A stretch of 63,912 nt of DNA, filler included, from Calcarisporiella thermophila CBS 279.70 (lineage: Eukaryota > Fungi > Calcarisporiellomycota): NCBI RefSeq assembly GCF_041956535.1. It is 8 parts of 5 records of this genome, joined end to end, with 100 filler letters (N's around TTAATTAATTAA, not from the genome) between each part and the next. Parts side by side here need not be neighbours in the genome. Positions count along the whole stretch, not along the records: positions 7,062 to 16,112 come from NW_027192209.1; positions 16,213 to 23,300 come from NW_027192200.1; positions 23,401 to 46,989 come from NW_027192200.1; 5 more parts are not named here. One strand, written 5' to 3'. Below are positions 13,089 to 27,488 of this stretch, piece by piece; the first letter of the stretch is position 1; every line of letters starts with the position of its first letter. The translations under genes and the position numbers were made by a program. The notes below the pieces were generated by a model, which made no database searches, was not told the DNA's origin, and saw only the letters and a program-made list of their open reading frames with translations.

Positions 13089-16000
13089 TTACTTTATCAG
13101 TTGATCCTTTTGCATCACAATGATCTTATTTATACACGTGATCAGCTCGTTAAACCGAAGCGGCTTCGTCACATACTCATCCATCCCGGCCGACAAGCAC
13201 TTTTCGCGATCGCCGATCATGGCATGCGCAGTGAGTGCAATAATGGGTATATGGCCGCCCCATTCGCTTTCGAGCTCGCGGATGCGCTGGGTGGCCTCGA
13301 AGCCGCCCATCAGCGGCATCTGCACATCCATCAGAATGAGGTCAAACCGCCGTGCCTGGAAGGCCTCGACGGCCAGCTTTCCGTTGCTCACAATGGAGAC
13401 CCGGTGGCCCACCTTTTCGAGGATGCGCTTGGCAAGCTTCTGGTTCACCTCGTTGTCCTCCGCTAGCAGGATATTCAGCGGCGGTGCCACGCCATCCTTG
13501 CCCATCTGGCCAGCAGTCAGGGTGACGTGGTTCTCCAGCGCGGGTAACAGGGCGTTGCTCAAGTCGGTTCTGCTAACCGGTGTATTCAGGTAGGAGGATA
13601 TCGCAAGGTCGATGCATCGCTTCATGTTCAGCTGGGTCGCGGCGGGCGCCAGCACCACTATCGGCATGAACCGCAGCGCGCTCACCTCACGCACTTGGTC
13701 AACCACGCCCAGATCGTCGATCACCACCGCGTCGAACATGGGGGTCTCGGGGGTGCGTTTGGCGGTGAGGGTGCACGACTCCTCTACCGTCGACACCCGA
13801 GTCGCATAGAGGCCGAGCTCCTCGATGCGCTCCTTCACCCCCGTCGTGTCGCCAACCGTGTCCACAAAGAGGACGTGCCGGCCCACAAACGGCCGCATCT
13901 TCAGCTCCACTTGCCCGGGACTCACCTCGCACTCTGTGACCTTCACGGTGAAGAAGAAGTTGCTTCCCCGGCCGTACACACTGTTCACCCACAGCTGCCC
14001 TCCCATCAGCGACACTAGCCGCTTCGAGATGGACAGGCCCAGCCCCGTGCCTCCATATTTGCGGGTGGTGCTACCGTCTGCCTGCGCAAATGTGTCGAAT
14101 ATCATGGAGATCTTGTCGTGGGGAATGCCAATGCCTGTATCCGAAACACAGAAGTTGAGGATATAGTTGCAGTTTTCCTTTTCGTGGATCCGCACGCGGA
14201 GCACCACCTGGCCCTCGGGCGTGAACTTGATCGCATTGCCGATCAAGTTTGTGATCACCTGGCGGAGACGCAGCGGGTCACCCAGCAGGAAATCGGGGAT
14301 GCTCTTGTCAATATCGTAGATCAGGTCAAGCTTCTTTTGGTCGGCCTTGACCGCCAGGGTTTTGAGGACACTAAACACAGCCGAGCGGACGGAGAAGGGA
14401 ATGGATTCGATGGTCATACGTCCGGCTTCAACTGAAAACGGAAAGAAAAAGTCAAAGAGGGAGAAATTTAGCAACCTTTCTATTTTTAACAAAAAGGGAG
14501 GGGGAGGGGGGGTCGAAGAAAAGAGAAAACTTACTCTTGGAGATATCAAGGATGTCATCTATAATAGTGAGGAGGGAGTTGGCGAGGGATGCGACGGTGG
14601 TGAGGTTCTCGCGCTGCTGCCGGGTGAGCTCCGTCTCGAGCGTGAGCATGGTCATTCCAATGATTCCGTTCATTGGAGTGCGAATCTCGTGGGACATGTT
14701 CGCAAGGAACTCACTCTTGCTGCGGTTGGCAAGTTCGGCAGCCTCACGAGCTGCGGTGTTCTTTTGGATGCTCTCGCGCAGGTTGTACACCATCTGGTTG
14801 ATCTTGGTCTTCAGGCTGTCCATTTCACCACTTGCCTCGACGGTGATAAAGCGAGTGAAATCGCCATCAGTAGCCGCCGCAGAGATCTGGGCAAACGCAC
14901 GCACTTGGTTGGTCAGGTTGGCCGCCATGGTATTTACATTCTGTGTAAGCTCTTTCCATGTGCCCCGCACATCCTTGACCTCGGCCTGCACGCCAAGTTT
15001 GCCCTCCGTGCCCACTTCTCTCGCGACACGGGTCACCTCGGATGCAAAGGTCGACAGTTGGTCCACCATGGTGTTGATCGTGTTCTTGAGGTCAAGAATC
15101 TCACCCTTCGAGGGCACGACGATCTTCTTGCTCAAATCGCCGCGAGCCACCGCCTTACTAACCATTGCAATGTCACGCACTTGGTTCGTCAAATTAGCGG
15201 CCATCATGTTGACATTGTCAGTGAGTTCCTTCCAAATTCCTGCAACGTCCTCTACGACCGCCTGGCCGCCAAGCTTGCCTTCAGTGCCGACTTCACGTGC
15301 AACTCGAGTGACCTCGGCAGCAAACGTTCGAAGCTTCTCCACCATGGAGTTGACGGTGTTCTTGAGTTCAAGAATCTCGCCCCGCACCTCGACGGTGATT
15401 TGTTTGCTCAAGTCACCACGCGCAACCGCGGTGGTCACGGCGGCAATCGATCGCACCTGAGTCGTGAGATTGCCAGCCATAGTGTTGACGTTATCGGTGA
15501 GATCCTTCCATATTCCGGCGACGTCTTTGACCACGGCCTGGCCGCCAAGCTTACCCTCTGTGCCGACCTCCAGGGACACACGCGATACTTCCATACCAAA
15601 TGTCCGCAGTTGCTCAACCATGGTATTGATAGTTTCCTTCAAATCAAGAATTTCTCCCCGTGACACAACGGTAATCTTTTTGCTAAGGTCTCCTTGGGCT
15701 ACTGCTTTGGCTACGTTGGCAATATCACGCACCTGATTCGTCAAATTGGCAGCCATCATATTGACATTGTCAGTGAGATCTTTCCATGTCCCGGCAACAT
15801 CCTTTACAATGGCTTGTCCCCCAAGCTTGCCCTCGGTGCCGACTTCTCTAGCGACTCGTGTGACTTCACCGGCGAATATCCGGAGCTGCTCCACCATGGT
15901 ATTGATCGTCTCTTTGAGCTCGGCGATCTCACCACTGACCTCCACGTTGATCTTCTTGCTCAGGTCGCCCATGGCGACGGCCTTGGTGACCTCTGCAATC

Positions 16001-16112
16001 GACCGCACTTGGTTCGTCAAGTTGTCGGCCATGATGTTGACATTGTCGGTGAGATCCTTCCATGTGCCTGCGACATCTTCAACCACAGCTTGACCACCAA
16101 GTTTCCCATCGG
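13089..16112 (-). CDS. NIK1: Group III hybrid histidine kinase (NIK1/OS-1 type): HAMP repeats, HisKA, HATPase and receiver domains; 5' end lost in gap
   Basis: About five ~92-aa repeats ([10 protein letters not shown]...WKDLTDNVN), H-box [40 protein letters not shown] and receiver ILMDVQMP. Intron at 14432-14534. Confidence 0.95.
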
Positions 16113-16212
16113 NNNNNNNNNNNNNNNNNNNNNNNNNNNNNNNNNNNNNNNNNNNNTTAATTAATTAANNNNNNNNNNNNNNNNNNNNNNNNNNNNNNNN
16201 NNNNNNNNNNNN

Positions 16213-16919
16213 GGAGCCACTCCCATACGAAAACGAGCGTTTTGATTTTGTATTCATAAGATGTATGGGACTTGGTGTGTATCAGAGCGAGTGGCCGAGG
16301 GTAATTGAAGAGATGGTGAGAGTACTTCGACCGGGTGGATATCTCGAGGCAGTGGATGTTGGTGAGTATTTTGTGTGTATAGATTAGAATGGGAACAAAG
16401 AGAAGTTGGGTTAAATATATACAACTAACTGTTAAACGAATATATAAAGATTATAATCTCCAAGACTCAAGTCGAGCATTAAAAGTATTTGCAGATGGAT
16501 GTTAGTATAGATCATGGCTCTTTTATTTAATGAAGATAACTCATTCCCTCACTATAGTAAATAATGCTCTGCGAGCCCGTGATATTGATCCAGTGTGGGC
16601 CGATAAATTCCGTGTTCACTTCGATGCAGTAGATCTCGAAGATTCCGGTTGTGAAATGCTGTCTTTTTCGATTTCACATAGTGTTGGAAAAGTTACATGG
16701 CTGGGCCCGGAGTGGTTATTACGACTACTGAGTTCATTGAGGCCATTTTTAGTTCAAGTTATGTTTATCAGCATTGAGGAATACAATGAACTTGTGAAAA
16801 AAATTGAACAAGATCTCACATTAGGTGATATTCGCATCAATGTACTATGCACTTATGGCAGGAAGCCATTTAATGATGAAAATTTGCCGAAAGATAGTTT
16901 GAACTCAACAACTGTATAG
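16213..16919 (+). CDS. SAM-dependent class I (LaeA-like) methyltransferase, 3' exons only
   Basis: EPLPYENERFDFVFIRCMGLGVYQSEWPRVIEEMVRVLRPGGYLE. Close paralogue of 42.9-43.7 kb with the same exon layout. The 5' part lies beyond the contig edge. Confidence 0.8.
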
Positions 16920-17893
16920 GTAGTTGAGCCCCTCAATAAAAGTTTTCGTCGGATATCAGTAAATCCGAGCCGAAATATTAATGGCAGGATAAAGGATTCA
17001 GTAGAATCTAATATCAAAACAACGTGGTAGATATCCAATTATCCAATATTTACTGTATATAATTTTTTAGCAAATATATTTTGTACAGGAACTTATCCAT
17101 CAAGTGTACCGTAAGATATCTATATTTTATAAATACTATATAATTCATTGTGTATTATGATTTTGTTTTGAGTATATCGCTTCGCCTAAGTATTAATGTT
17201 TAGTATGAATGTGAGAAAACTTGATAATTAAGGCTCTTAGTTTCTCCAAAGGACTAAATTTGATTGGATTTGATGAATGATTCGTGAGAGTTTTTTGAAA
17301 TAGTGTCATGGTCAATCATTTTATCGGAATATGCTATAATATATCCGAAACATAGGAACCTGCTTAATACAATTAATTCTTAACGTTCATGGGCTGTTTT
17401 TTAAGGGCTAATACAAAGAAATTGCTTGACTTTACTTCGCCTAATAGTTTATATCAGCCGATTGTTTGATAGTGATACAGTTTTCTTACATTATCATACC
17501 GTTTTGTTACATGATAAAGGACAAAAAAGGGAAATAAACAAGCATCTAGCTGATTAGCTAAAGTATAGCAACCTATATGCTTATTCAACGCTTCCCGCGA
17601 TTTAAGATGCTTTTCGCACGATCAGGACACATTTGTTATACCTTCATTCATAAGAGGCGACGTGAGGAAATTTTTGGAACACTACGAATAGGCTCGCAGT
17701 CTATTTTTATTTATATTAGGAACTTTCGAATTTGCGCCTTGAGTCGCATTCAAATAAATCTAATTTGCCCCGAATTTGCCAGATTCTTTAAATAGATCTA
17801 CCAAATAATATAAAACGAGTCAAAATCTTCGTCGCTTTTAAACAAGAGGACATTTAAAGTACTTAAAATTAATCATTTTTATTTTAATATAAA

Positions 17894-19067
17894 ATGAAAT
17901 TAAATTTCATCCTTCCCACGCTTCTGTTTGTCGCGACTGCGATTACTGCCGAAAAAAAAGGGGCTATCGATAAAAGGGGCATTAGTATTGGGGGAAACAA
18001 TCTAGTCAATAATCATCAGCAAATTGCGGAGGTGAATTAAAGCTGACATATAATCCTAACTTAGAAGCAACAAAATTAATATGATTTTTTTCTTCCCTCG
18101 ACAGAACAATATTAATAATTCTAAAAACACTGGAAATAGAAGCGGCAGCCTAAACCAAAATATCAATGATAGAGTAAAGAAAAATCCCAACAGCTACAGG
18201 CACAGCTTTTACGACGATAATAATAAAGGTTACTATCCAGTTACTCCAGTCCCTACCGTTATTAGGGATTGCGCAGCATTTAGAGGAACTACGAATTTGG
18301 GTTTGACCTCGTGCCCCGAGACCTCTGGAATCAACTTCACACCCATGCCTACTCTACCTTCTTCGTCAGATTGCTACACCATCCCTCTTGGCGACAAGAG
18401 CGTCATTGACTGCACTTCGACAACTTATTACGTTTCCTCGTCAATTACACCTACACCTACACCTACCGTAATCAAAGATTGCGCAGCCTTCAGAGGCACG
18501 ACGAACTTGGGTTTGACCTCTTGTCCCGAGACCTCAGGCATTAATTTTACTCCCATGCCTACTCTACCTTCTTCGTCAGATTGCTACACCATCCCTCTGG
18601 GCGATAAGAGCGTCATTGACTGCACTTCGACAACTTATTATGTCACATCTTCAACTACACCTACACCTACGGTAACCAAAGATTGCGCAGCCTTCAGAGG
18701 CACGACGAACTTGGGTTTGACCTCTTGTCCCGAGACCTCAGGCATTAATTTCACACCAATGCCAACTCTACCTCCATCAGAGAATTGCTACACTATCCCC
18801 CTTGGCGATAAAAGTGTCATTGACTGTACTTCGACAACCTACTATGTTGGGCCGTCGAGCGCACCTCCAACAACCCCAACCGAAACTTGCACTCCGGTTC
18901 CCGGCAAATCCACTCTCGGACTAAATGTGTTAGACTGCAGTGGAGTAACCTTCTCGATCTGGTACAATGATATTCTCACCAATACTCCTCAGACTTTCTG
19001 TGCCACGGCTACGAAAAACTATACTCCCACCACCAAGTGTATGACTCTTCCCGGCTCCGGTGCATAA
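17894..19067 (+). CDS. Secreted Cys/Thr/Pro-rich protein with three ~70-aa tandem repeats
   Basis: Exon 1 (17894-18031) encodes signal peptide MKLNFILPTLLFVATAITA and a DKR dibasic site. Intron 18032-18104 is in frame. Three repeats DCAAFRGTTNLGLTSC...CYTIPLGDKSVIDC follow. Confidence 0.85.
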
Positions 19068-20874
19068 TTTAAAATTCCAGAATGAAAAAGCGATTTTTAG
19101 GAGTAATTTTCAATATGTTCGGCGTTGCCAAGTTGTGATATATTGAAATTTAACTTGACATCAGGTTATTTCTAATTGTATTTAGAGCTAGCCTTATAAT
19201 CAATAATAAATCTTGTGTACATTTATGTTATGGAATAAGATAGAATAGAGATGCTATTTCATAGTAGAATAATGATTCTGATTGACAAATTATAATGAAT
19301 ATATTACTGAATATCGGTATATTTCGACCGCGTTTGGTCTAAAAAATGCTAAACAATCTTGGGTAAGTACTATGTAATCAGGAAAGTTTTCTCTTGAAGG
19401 AACTCAAGATCCTTTAATTTAGTGAATACTAATTCATATTGGGCCGTTTTCTCAGTTTTCGACCCACCACTCAATTTAATCTTTTTTGAAGCGCTCTATT
19501 TTTGAATCGAAGTTATAGACCTTAACTAAAATTCCATTAGAAAAAAAAAAATAATGCGAGTTTTAAAAAGGTTGAGGGTTTACTTTGAACTCTTTTTTAC
19601 AACCTCCATTTTTCGAGATGAGTTTAGGTCATTTGCTGATTTTTTATAAGATTAGCTGTACTTAATCAACCGATCGTTCTACCTCCTGAGATTGATTAAA
19701 AGTTATTAATTCCAAAAATAATAATCCCTTTGTTCAATACGACTTTATTATCCTACTTGCAGTGTAGGCAGGGTGGATGATGTAGGGCTGGTCAGTAGCG
19801 TTTTTACCGATAGGGCAGAGAACAGATCGAGAAAAAAGTAAAGAATAATCGCATAAAATAGAGAATGATATTGCATACTATACATGTACCAACCTTATAT
19901 CTATTCTATAGCTCTCCTTCGAAGTCTAATCTGCTTGACTAGATGAGATGTTAACAAACGGTGCGTATTGTGTGGATATTTAGCAGTGATCATGCTCTTT
20001 ACTGCGGTAAGAAGGGCTTGCCATGAAAACTGGTAAGTTTGGAGGATGATTAAAAATCACTCAATTAGTGAACAATTTTGGAGCCGTGCTGAGAGCACAT
20101 ATAGCGAATAGGTTCTCTTTGTTTTTTGCGGACTTACTCCCTCGACCCTGCCATTAACTGTAGGCGATCCCTTTTTCTACGATTTTGCATCAGAGGACTC
20201 CTGTTCGCTTTATTTGGAAGTGAGGGCAAGCGAATATTTTTCTGAGGGCAAAACTGCGGAGAAGGGTCTGTGGGGTCCGTTTGTTGTACTAAGCTGGCTT
20301 GGGGAAGCATATGATTGGTAAAAAGGGGTAAGCCTTGAAACTTGGAAATTGACTTTGAGGCAATCGGAATCCCAGTCAGACCAAACCTCGATGCGCCTCG
20401 GTAAAGGGAAAATCTAATAGCGCCTATCCTAGAGATGGAGTTTCCTGTATCGGATACAAGCAGCTGTTTTCTGTTTTTCGTCCTGTCTCTGATGTGTGGC
20501 AATTGTATATGTGCTTGCTTTCAACCTAGTGGATCACTCCATCACAGGCAAGCTTTATAATGACCGTCTGCACATCGCGGATCTAATATCTGAAGGCTCA
20601 AATAGAAGAAATGTGGTAGAGGTGGAGAAACTGAAGTGTAATTCTTCGTCATTGCAAGTATGCATAGAAGCGGTAAAGCTCTCACTTCTTTCAAGTTTTG
20701 CAGAACTTTGGTTGCGGGTCGATAGACTACGGCTCACGAAAGCACGGCGAATCACTCAGAGACATACCCCGTGTATCCTACATATCCTATATACCTGAGC
20801 CTAGCGACTGGTGCCCTCAAGCTATTGAAACAGACAAGCAATGAGCGAGCGCTTTTTCCATCTTTATAAATGCT

Positions 20875-21120
20875 CTACACCGAGAATTCGACAAACGAGG
20901 AAAGAGTAGTTGGCAGTTTATTAAAATTCATTTCAAGGTTACTCCAAGTTACTTTCGTATTTGCCACGCTATCCGTTAGTACAGCCATTAACTTTTCAGG
21001 ACCAATTCTCTTAATAATTTTTGATATTTTTCTTGCCATGTATTCACCTATATGCTGATTAGCGCCTATAAAATATTGCGTCCTAGAAGAATGGCAGTGC
21101 AAGTAATTCGGCAATCTCAA
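20875..21120 (-). mobile_element. Degenerate hAT transposase remnant (DUF659-like region)
   Basis: HIGEYMARKISKIIKRIGPEKLMAVLTDSVAN resembles the hAT/DUF659 motif HTGEYIA...IGP.KV.AVVTDNAAN. Confidence 0.65.
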
Positions 21121-24100
21121 CTATAACATCCTTAGTAACCTCAGAATGTGGTTATGTTTTCCTAGAATTATGACTATTGAGCTTGAACTAGGCGGCATTG
21201 CGTCTGAGATGGCTAACTCGGAAATGTCGTCATTTGTTTCGAGGCGCTGGTACCATAATATATGTGTTTTGATTTGACCCACATCCTTCGCCCAAAATAA
21301 TGCATCGCAGTTATTACAAGAGAATATTTATCTCTGTTTTATTATTTGTAAGAAAGCAAAATGATGGTTCTCAATAGTAGAGCTGAATATTTTTATAAAA
21401 CAAAGCGAGAAAGGCTTTAATTAATATAGTTAGCTTTATTTCGCGCAAGAGTGAAACTAAGAATTAATTTGGGAAAAATTAAAGTACAATTATGAAATTT
21501 TATAAATATCCTACTTTTCCTACGGCAACCTCAGCAAAAATAAAATACAACTCATAACGCTAATCCTCACGCATAGTCGGGATATGGCAGAACAAATCAA
21601 ATGCCCAATAAATGCAATGGCTTTGATTTCACGTTTATTCATGTGTTATACATGATATATATGTATTACAATAGAATTGGGCTCAAAAATTGTTTTGCCC
21701 GCTCGTGTCTCTATTGAAAGCATTGGTGGTCCAAATGAACCGTCGACGTAGAATCCCGAGCAAAATGCATTCTACAAATTTTAAATGCTCTTAGAACAAC
21801 ACTTTTTTCACCCTGCCAGTTCCGTATATAAAAAGCTTTATCTCATCTATAACACTCTAGGTACAATTGCAACTGAAGTATTTCTATTTCAGCTTTGTGA
21901 AGATGATCGAATTGCGACATATTGTCCACGAATCCGAGCAGGATTTATAGCATCCCGGGCTGTATAAATGCAATAATCCTCGATCTTCAAGTTTTCTGTG
22001 ACATCTTTTACATTCCAAGGAGAACTGTAAAAACTATTGAAGCAATATCTGTAAGTAGTAACATTATTGGAAACAAGCCAATTATGACTGCTATCTATCT
22101 GATAGAACCCTGCACTCAATCAAGCTTGACTTAATTAACCCTTCGTAGAACCTTTTAGAGTGGACAAAACATATGATTTCAAAATTAATGCCATTTGATC
22201 ACTGACAATATACTGTTTACCATTACATGATACTATGCGATTCATATCTCAAAATCAGAATCACAAGCTCCTTCGACCGATGAAAGATCTAATTGTATTA
22301 GGAATCAAAATACTTGGTATCCTTGGTGTTATGCGCAATCAACAAAGACTAGAAATGAATTTGATGCCACACGGTTTTAAAAGATTGACTCCTTAAGAAA
22401 ATGCACTTCGTAAAAGTGGAAAGCACTGAACAATGTCTTGAATATAACATAGTTGTTCCAAATAGAGAAATTTTTGACGTCTCAAAGTAGTTAATACTTC
22501 TGATGAATTTTTTATGAATATAAATAGATGCTGCATATTTCTTACCTTACAAATTATTTTAAAAGTCTAATATAAAAGATTTATTTTTTAACAAGAACAA
22601 ATTTTGTATATTATTTTCATAATATATCACTATTCACAATGTGCTATTTTGTAAAAAATAAGAATTATGAATATCTCCTCAATAAGTTACTTTGAAGTTT
22701 TTACAAAATTTTGTGATATAGTTTGTAAACGATGCTCTGAGTATGGAATAACCTACTAAACGTATTTACGAATATTTTAATTTTATATCAGTTTTAAATT
22801 ATTCTAGCAACTTTAGATGGCACTTTTCAAAACCCTTGATTCAATAAAACTTATATACGAGTTAATGGAGAATTTGGAATAGCTCTATCTTCAAGCTTTG
22901 AAAATAAGATAGCTAAGATGACATGTGCTAGTTATATGGCAGCATATTTTTCTAGACAAAATACATGGGCCATCATCATTGTGAAGTAATGAGTAACATT
23001 CTAATTTTTTTTATTTGAATAAGGTTTTATCGGATTGTATTTGTTTAAACAGTATGAATTTTGATTTTACAAGGTTTTGTCCTAGTGAAAAAACCGTAAA
23101 TATAATAATGAATTCCCAATAAAAAATCTTATATTATTTAGTGACTCCCCGCTAAAATAAAAGATATAAATCCTGAGTTGTAATAGCCCACAGTGGAATG
23201 GAATTGCGGCATTGTAGAGAACATGCAATTCGCAATCTCCGGAGGAGAGCTTGCGATAAATATTGCATCCATAATATGTGCAGTTATTGGGGTTGTTCAC
23301 NNNNNNNNNNNNNNNNNNNNNNNNNNNNNNNNNNNNNNNNNNNNTTAATTAATTAANNNNNNNNNNNNNNNNNNNNNNNNNNNNNNNNNNNNNNNNNNNN
23401 ATTTGGTATATTCCGAAGAGAATTCTGTAAGATGCAACGAAAAATTGTACGGAGATTTGCGCTATAGTCTGGTTTGCAGTGGTAAGAGATGCTCAAGTCT
23501 CTTCATGCGTGCGCCACTAAAACCTATCCGTTCTTAGTGCAATGAATGTTCATCATTTATTTGGCGTTCCAGCTATCTCAATTGAAGCAGTAGCAGAGCG
23601 CGTGCTATCCTACCGAGAGAAAGGAAAACCTGAGACAGGGAAATATCGCCCATATGTGCTTTGCCGTCAAGCTCTTCTTCCTGCGTTTCAGTCAAAAATC
23701 CCGAGGCTTTACCTGCGGCTGGCAGCGATACCCCTTTACCTTTTCATGCTCGAGTATTACATGCATGAATACATCACAAGACAGATTGTCCAAAAATAGT
23801 ACAGAAAGCCGACAAGAGCACGGAGTATTGTTGTTAAGTCTTTGGATTATATTAATATATTAGTGAACCAAAAAAAAAGTAATTAAGGTCGTATGGAGGA
23901 GAAGGAAAAGCAGAGAAATGGGAGGGTGAAAGCTCTCGTAAGCAGCTCGGTCATACAGCTCGCACAGAGCCGGAGGGGCGGGGATCCAACAAGCTTCAAA
24001 TGGCTTGTGGGGATTTGACGAGCGAGCTGCGAGTAATTAATTGGGGGGCCATTCCAAGGGCATTTGGGGATGCCTGTCAACGCACGCCCAAGCGCCCTTG

Positions 24101-25142
24101 AAAAAGGAAACTGGAAAAAGCTGCCTGGATCCGGTGTGATGATGGGAGCGCGTTCATATTCCCTAATTCTCTCGCCGCACATGAAGAGGAGCGCAAGGAT
24201 CGCGGGCGAATGCGGCCGGGATGCAAAAAGAAAGCGGATGGCTCATGAGGCGGCTTTCATCTTCACCAATGCCCAAATTGCGTCTGTCCAAACGGGTGCT
24301 AGCCTCGATCACGACTTCAATCCGCAAAGAATTAGTCACAGGGCTCCGGACGAAGAAGGGCGTCTGCCCGGCCCGCAATCGAAATCTCACAACTCGCGTA
24401 TGACACTACCAATATAGCCCCAGAGTCGAGCTGTGTCTGAGTTTGCAAATCGGTCGAGTGTGGGGGCCGGCTGGGAGCTCAGCTTGAAGCCTGAGACCCG
24501 CCCCTGCTCTCACGCGCCCTCCACCCAGGCCCTAGGCAAGCCGGCCTAAGAATAACATCCGCCGCAAATAGAACAGAATTTGAAACCATTGGATCCACTG
24601 GTAGCAGGCAGAAGCCGGCCGACGGGCTTCTGAAATCTCCTTGGACTGCACCCTATTTCTTTTATTGGTTTCCCTGTTAAAGTTGTAACGGACCAAGCGC
24701 TGAGAGTCTGGAAGCGCCTTTTTCTTTTGCAACCATTGCACGAGGCTCATCAGGTTAATCCATCGGCCCACTCGTAATTAACCAGGTAATTACTATCCCA
24801 TGCCTTCATCCGAGTTGGTTGAGCTGATTTTGGCGCGAGGCGGGCTAATCAAGCATGCTAACTCATATCTTTCTCCACTTTTTCTTGTTCTTGACTCTTT
24901 TTTCTGGAAACATTCGCAGTTGAGCATCAGATGACGCTGGAAAATTGTTGATGTTACATCCTTAGGCTTTCCACTCTTAAGCATCATCAATTGATTGTTC
25001 GCAGCCTGCATCCCCTCTTCTTTCTCAATCTAATTCTCCAAATTTCCCAAAGAATTCGCCATCTCATCCCCTCTCACTCCACCTGCATCCCACGTTTCTA
25101 CACCCCCATTTGCCACATCGCGCTCTCCTCGCTAGATAGTTT

Positions 25143-26852
25143 ATGTCGAATCCGCATCATCATCTCTCAAGTAACCTAGGAACGCCCCCCGGGCCCTCTG
25201 GCCGCGTTGTGGGCGTGCACTATCGCGTTAACAAAAAGATCGGCGAAGGATCATTTGGAGTGATATATGAGGGAACCAACTTGTTAAACAACATGTCCGT
25301 GGCCATCAAGTTCGAACCACGGAAATCAGACGCTCCACAGTTGCGCGATGAATATCGTGCCTACAAGATATTAGCTGGAAGCAGTAAGTTCTTCTAATGC
25401 TGGCTGTTTTTTTTTGTCGCTGAACGCATCTTGACTTTGCTCTCCTTCCCCTCTTTCTCTCCCACTCCTCTCTAGCTGGAATCCCGGGTGTGTATTATTT
25501 TGGCCAGGAAGGCATGTATAATATCTTGGTGGAGGACCTGCTCGGCCCTAGCCTCGAGGACCTGTTTGACTCCTGCGGCCGCAAGTTTTCGGTGAAGACG
25601 GTCACTATGCTCGCACGTCAGATGATCACACGTGTACAGACAGTACATGAGAAGAACCTCATCTATCGCGATATCAAGCCCGATAATTTTCTGATTGGCC
25701 GCCCAGGGACGAAGCTGGCCGGCACCGTGTTCATGGTGGATTTTGGGATGGCTAAACAGTATAGAGACCCAAAAACAAAACAGCATATTCCGTATAGAGA
25801 GCGAAAGAGCCTGAGTGGAACGGCTCGGTATATGAGTATCAACACCCATCTTGGTCGAGGTATGCACGATTAGGGATCTTTCTGTCTTTTATGATTTTTA
25901 TTTAATTTTATCAATGCATTCTCCTCATCCTTGGTTTCAGAACAATCGAGGAGAGATGACTTGGAGTCCATGGGGCACGTGTTCATGTACTTTCTCAGAG
26001 GCTCCTTACCGTGGCAAGGCCTCAAGGCCGCAACCAACAAGCAAAAATACGAAAAAATCGGGGAAAAGAAGCAATTGACTCCAATTCGAGAGCTATGTGC
26101 TGGATTTCCAGGTTAGTCTTAAGGTTATTGATGGGGGAGATTTTTCATTGCCCGCCATACTTATTTGACATGTGGGGGTGGCTCTTAGAGGAATTCGCGA
26201 TTTATCTCAACTATGTGCGTAAGCTGGGGTTTGAGGAGACACCCGATTATGATTTTTTGCGGGATCTAATGTTGCGGGCACTTCGCTCCACCGGCGAGGT
26301 GGAAGACGGTGTCTTTGACTGGATGGCGTTAAATAACGGAAGATTGGTAAACTCCCCAACGCAAACTCTATTTAGGGGGAAGCCCCTGATGACGCTAACT
26401 TTGGGTTATTAGAATCAGCGCCTAAGCGCGGCGTCCTATCCCCACCGCGGCGTGGATGAACTTGGCAATACACGAGTCTCAATGCGTGGCTCGTCCGGCC
26501 TACAGCGTAGTGGGAACATCCCCTCGATGACCGCGCTGCAGCGCTCAAGCCTACAACGTGTCCATTCCACGGCCAGGCCTCCGGGCCAATCGACCAGTCA
26601 AGCGAACCTGAGCCACCCAATAAAACAGGGCCGCCCAGCCTCTCCACACACTCAGGACAAGCCCGTCCCGCCTCTGGCCCAGCAGTATTCAGAAGCGCCA
26701 TTGCCTCCACCGCCCCCGGAAGCACGAAGTCGGAGCGGACCGAGACGGGGATTCTGGCGGAAATTCATCGGAATTATCACATGTAGTAAGTGTAGTCTTC
26801 CAAGTGGCCCCCACCTAATTTAATGTTCATACATTTCTTCTGACTAGGTTAA
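25143..26852 (+). CDS. CK1: Casein kinase I (Yck/Cki, CK1-gamma-like), about 6 exons
   Basis: [58 protein letters not shown] and [10 protein letters not shown]. Predicted C-terminus [15 protein letters not shown]. Confidence 0.95.
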
Positions 26853-27488
26853 AATGAGGCATTTCAAAAATGGATGCTTTGTTTTTCTTTTCCTCCAGAA
26901 ACAAAATAATATTGTAATCCAATTAATAGGGGAAATGACTACTCTAATCACATATTATTTCATATTTTTAAGGTGATTTTAATTTTATATTTTTTTTTTT
27001 CCTCTTTCACGCTGACTTCTTCCCTTCTCCATCGCTATCTATTCTATATATCTTAACCTCTTCTGATTCCACCCACTCCTTTTTTTTTTACTTTTCTCCT
27101 TTGGTTTATACTGTGTATTGTTTCTTTTCATGGTAGCTCTATGGTTTTGAATGCTTCGAAGCGTCGTCATAGACTTTTCTCCTTTGCTCTTGTATTTTGG
27201 CCTGATCCCCTCTTTTCCTGCACACGAAAATAATAATAGAGAATTCTGAAATTTATTCAATTTGGGACTGGAATTTGACGCGCTTTCGCTTTTGGATTCA
27301 ATTTTTTATTTTTACGCGTCTTTTTCCTGGAAGGAGCATCATTGCATTTCTTTTTATTTTATCTTTCACTGGGGCATTTGATATTTTTTCCCCCTTCCCC
27401 CATTCTTCTGTACAAGAGCTGGCTTGATAATTTTTATTAATTACTCCACATCTCCCAAATAGTTTGATTTCACACTTCGACCATAAGT

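Noticed and set aside
14347-15663. 438-aa and 307-aa plus-strand ORFs
   Set aside because: Antisense shadows of the GC3-biased, repetitive histidine kinase coding sequence.
18265-18850. ~210-bp direct repeats as a CRISPR-like array
   Set aside because: In-frame protein-domain repeats with no unique spacers, in a eukaryotic context.
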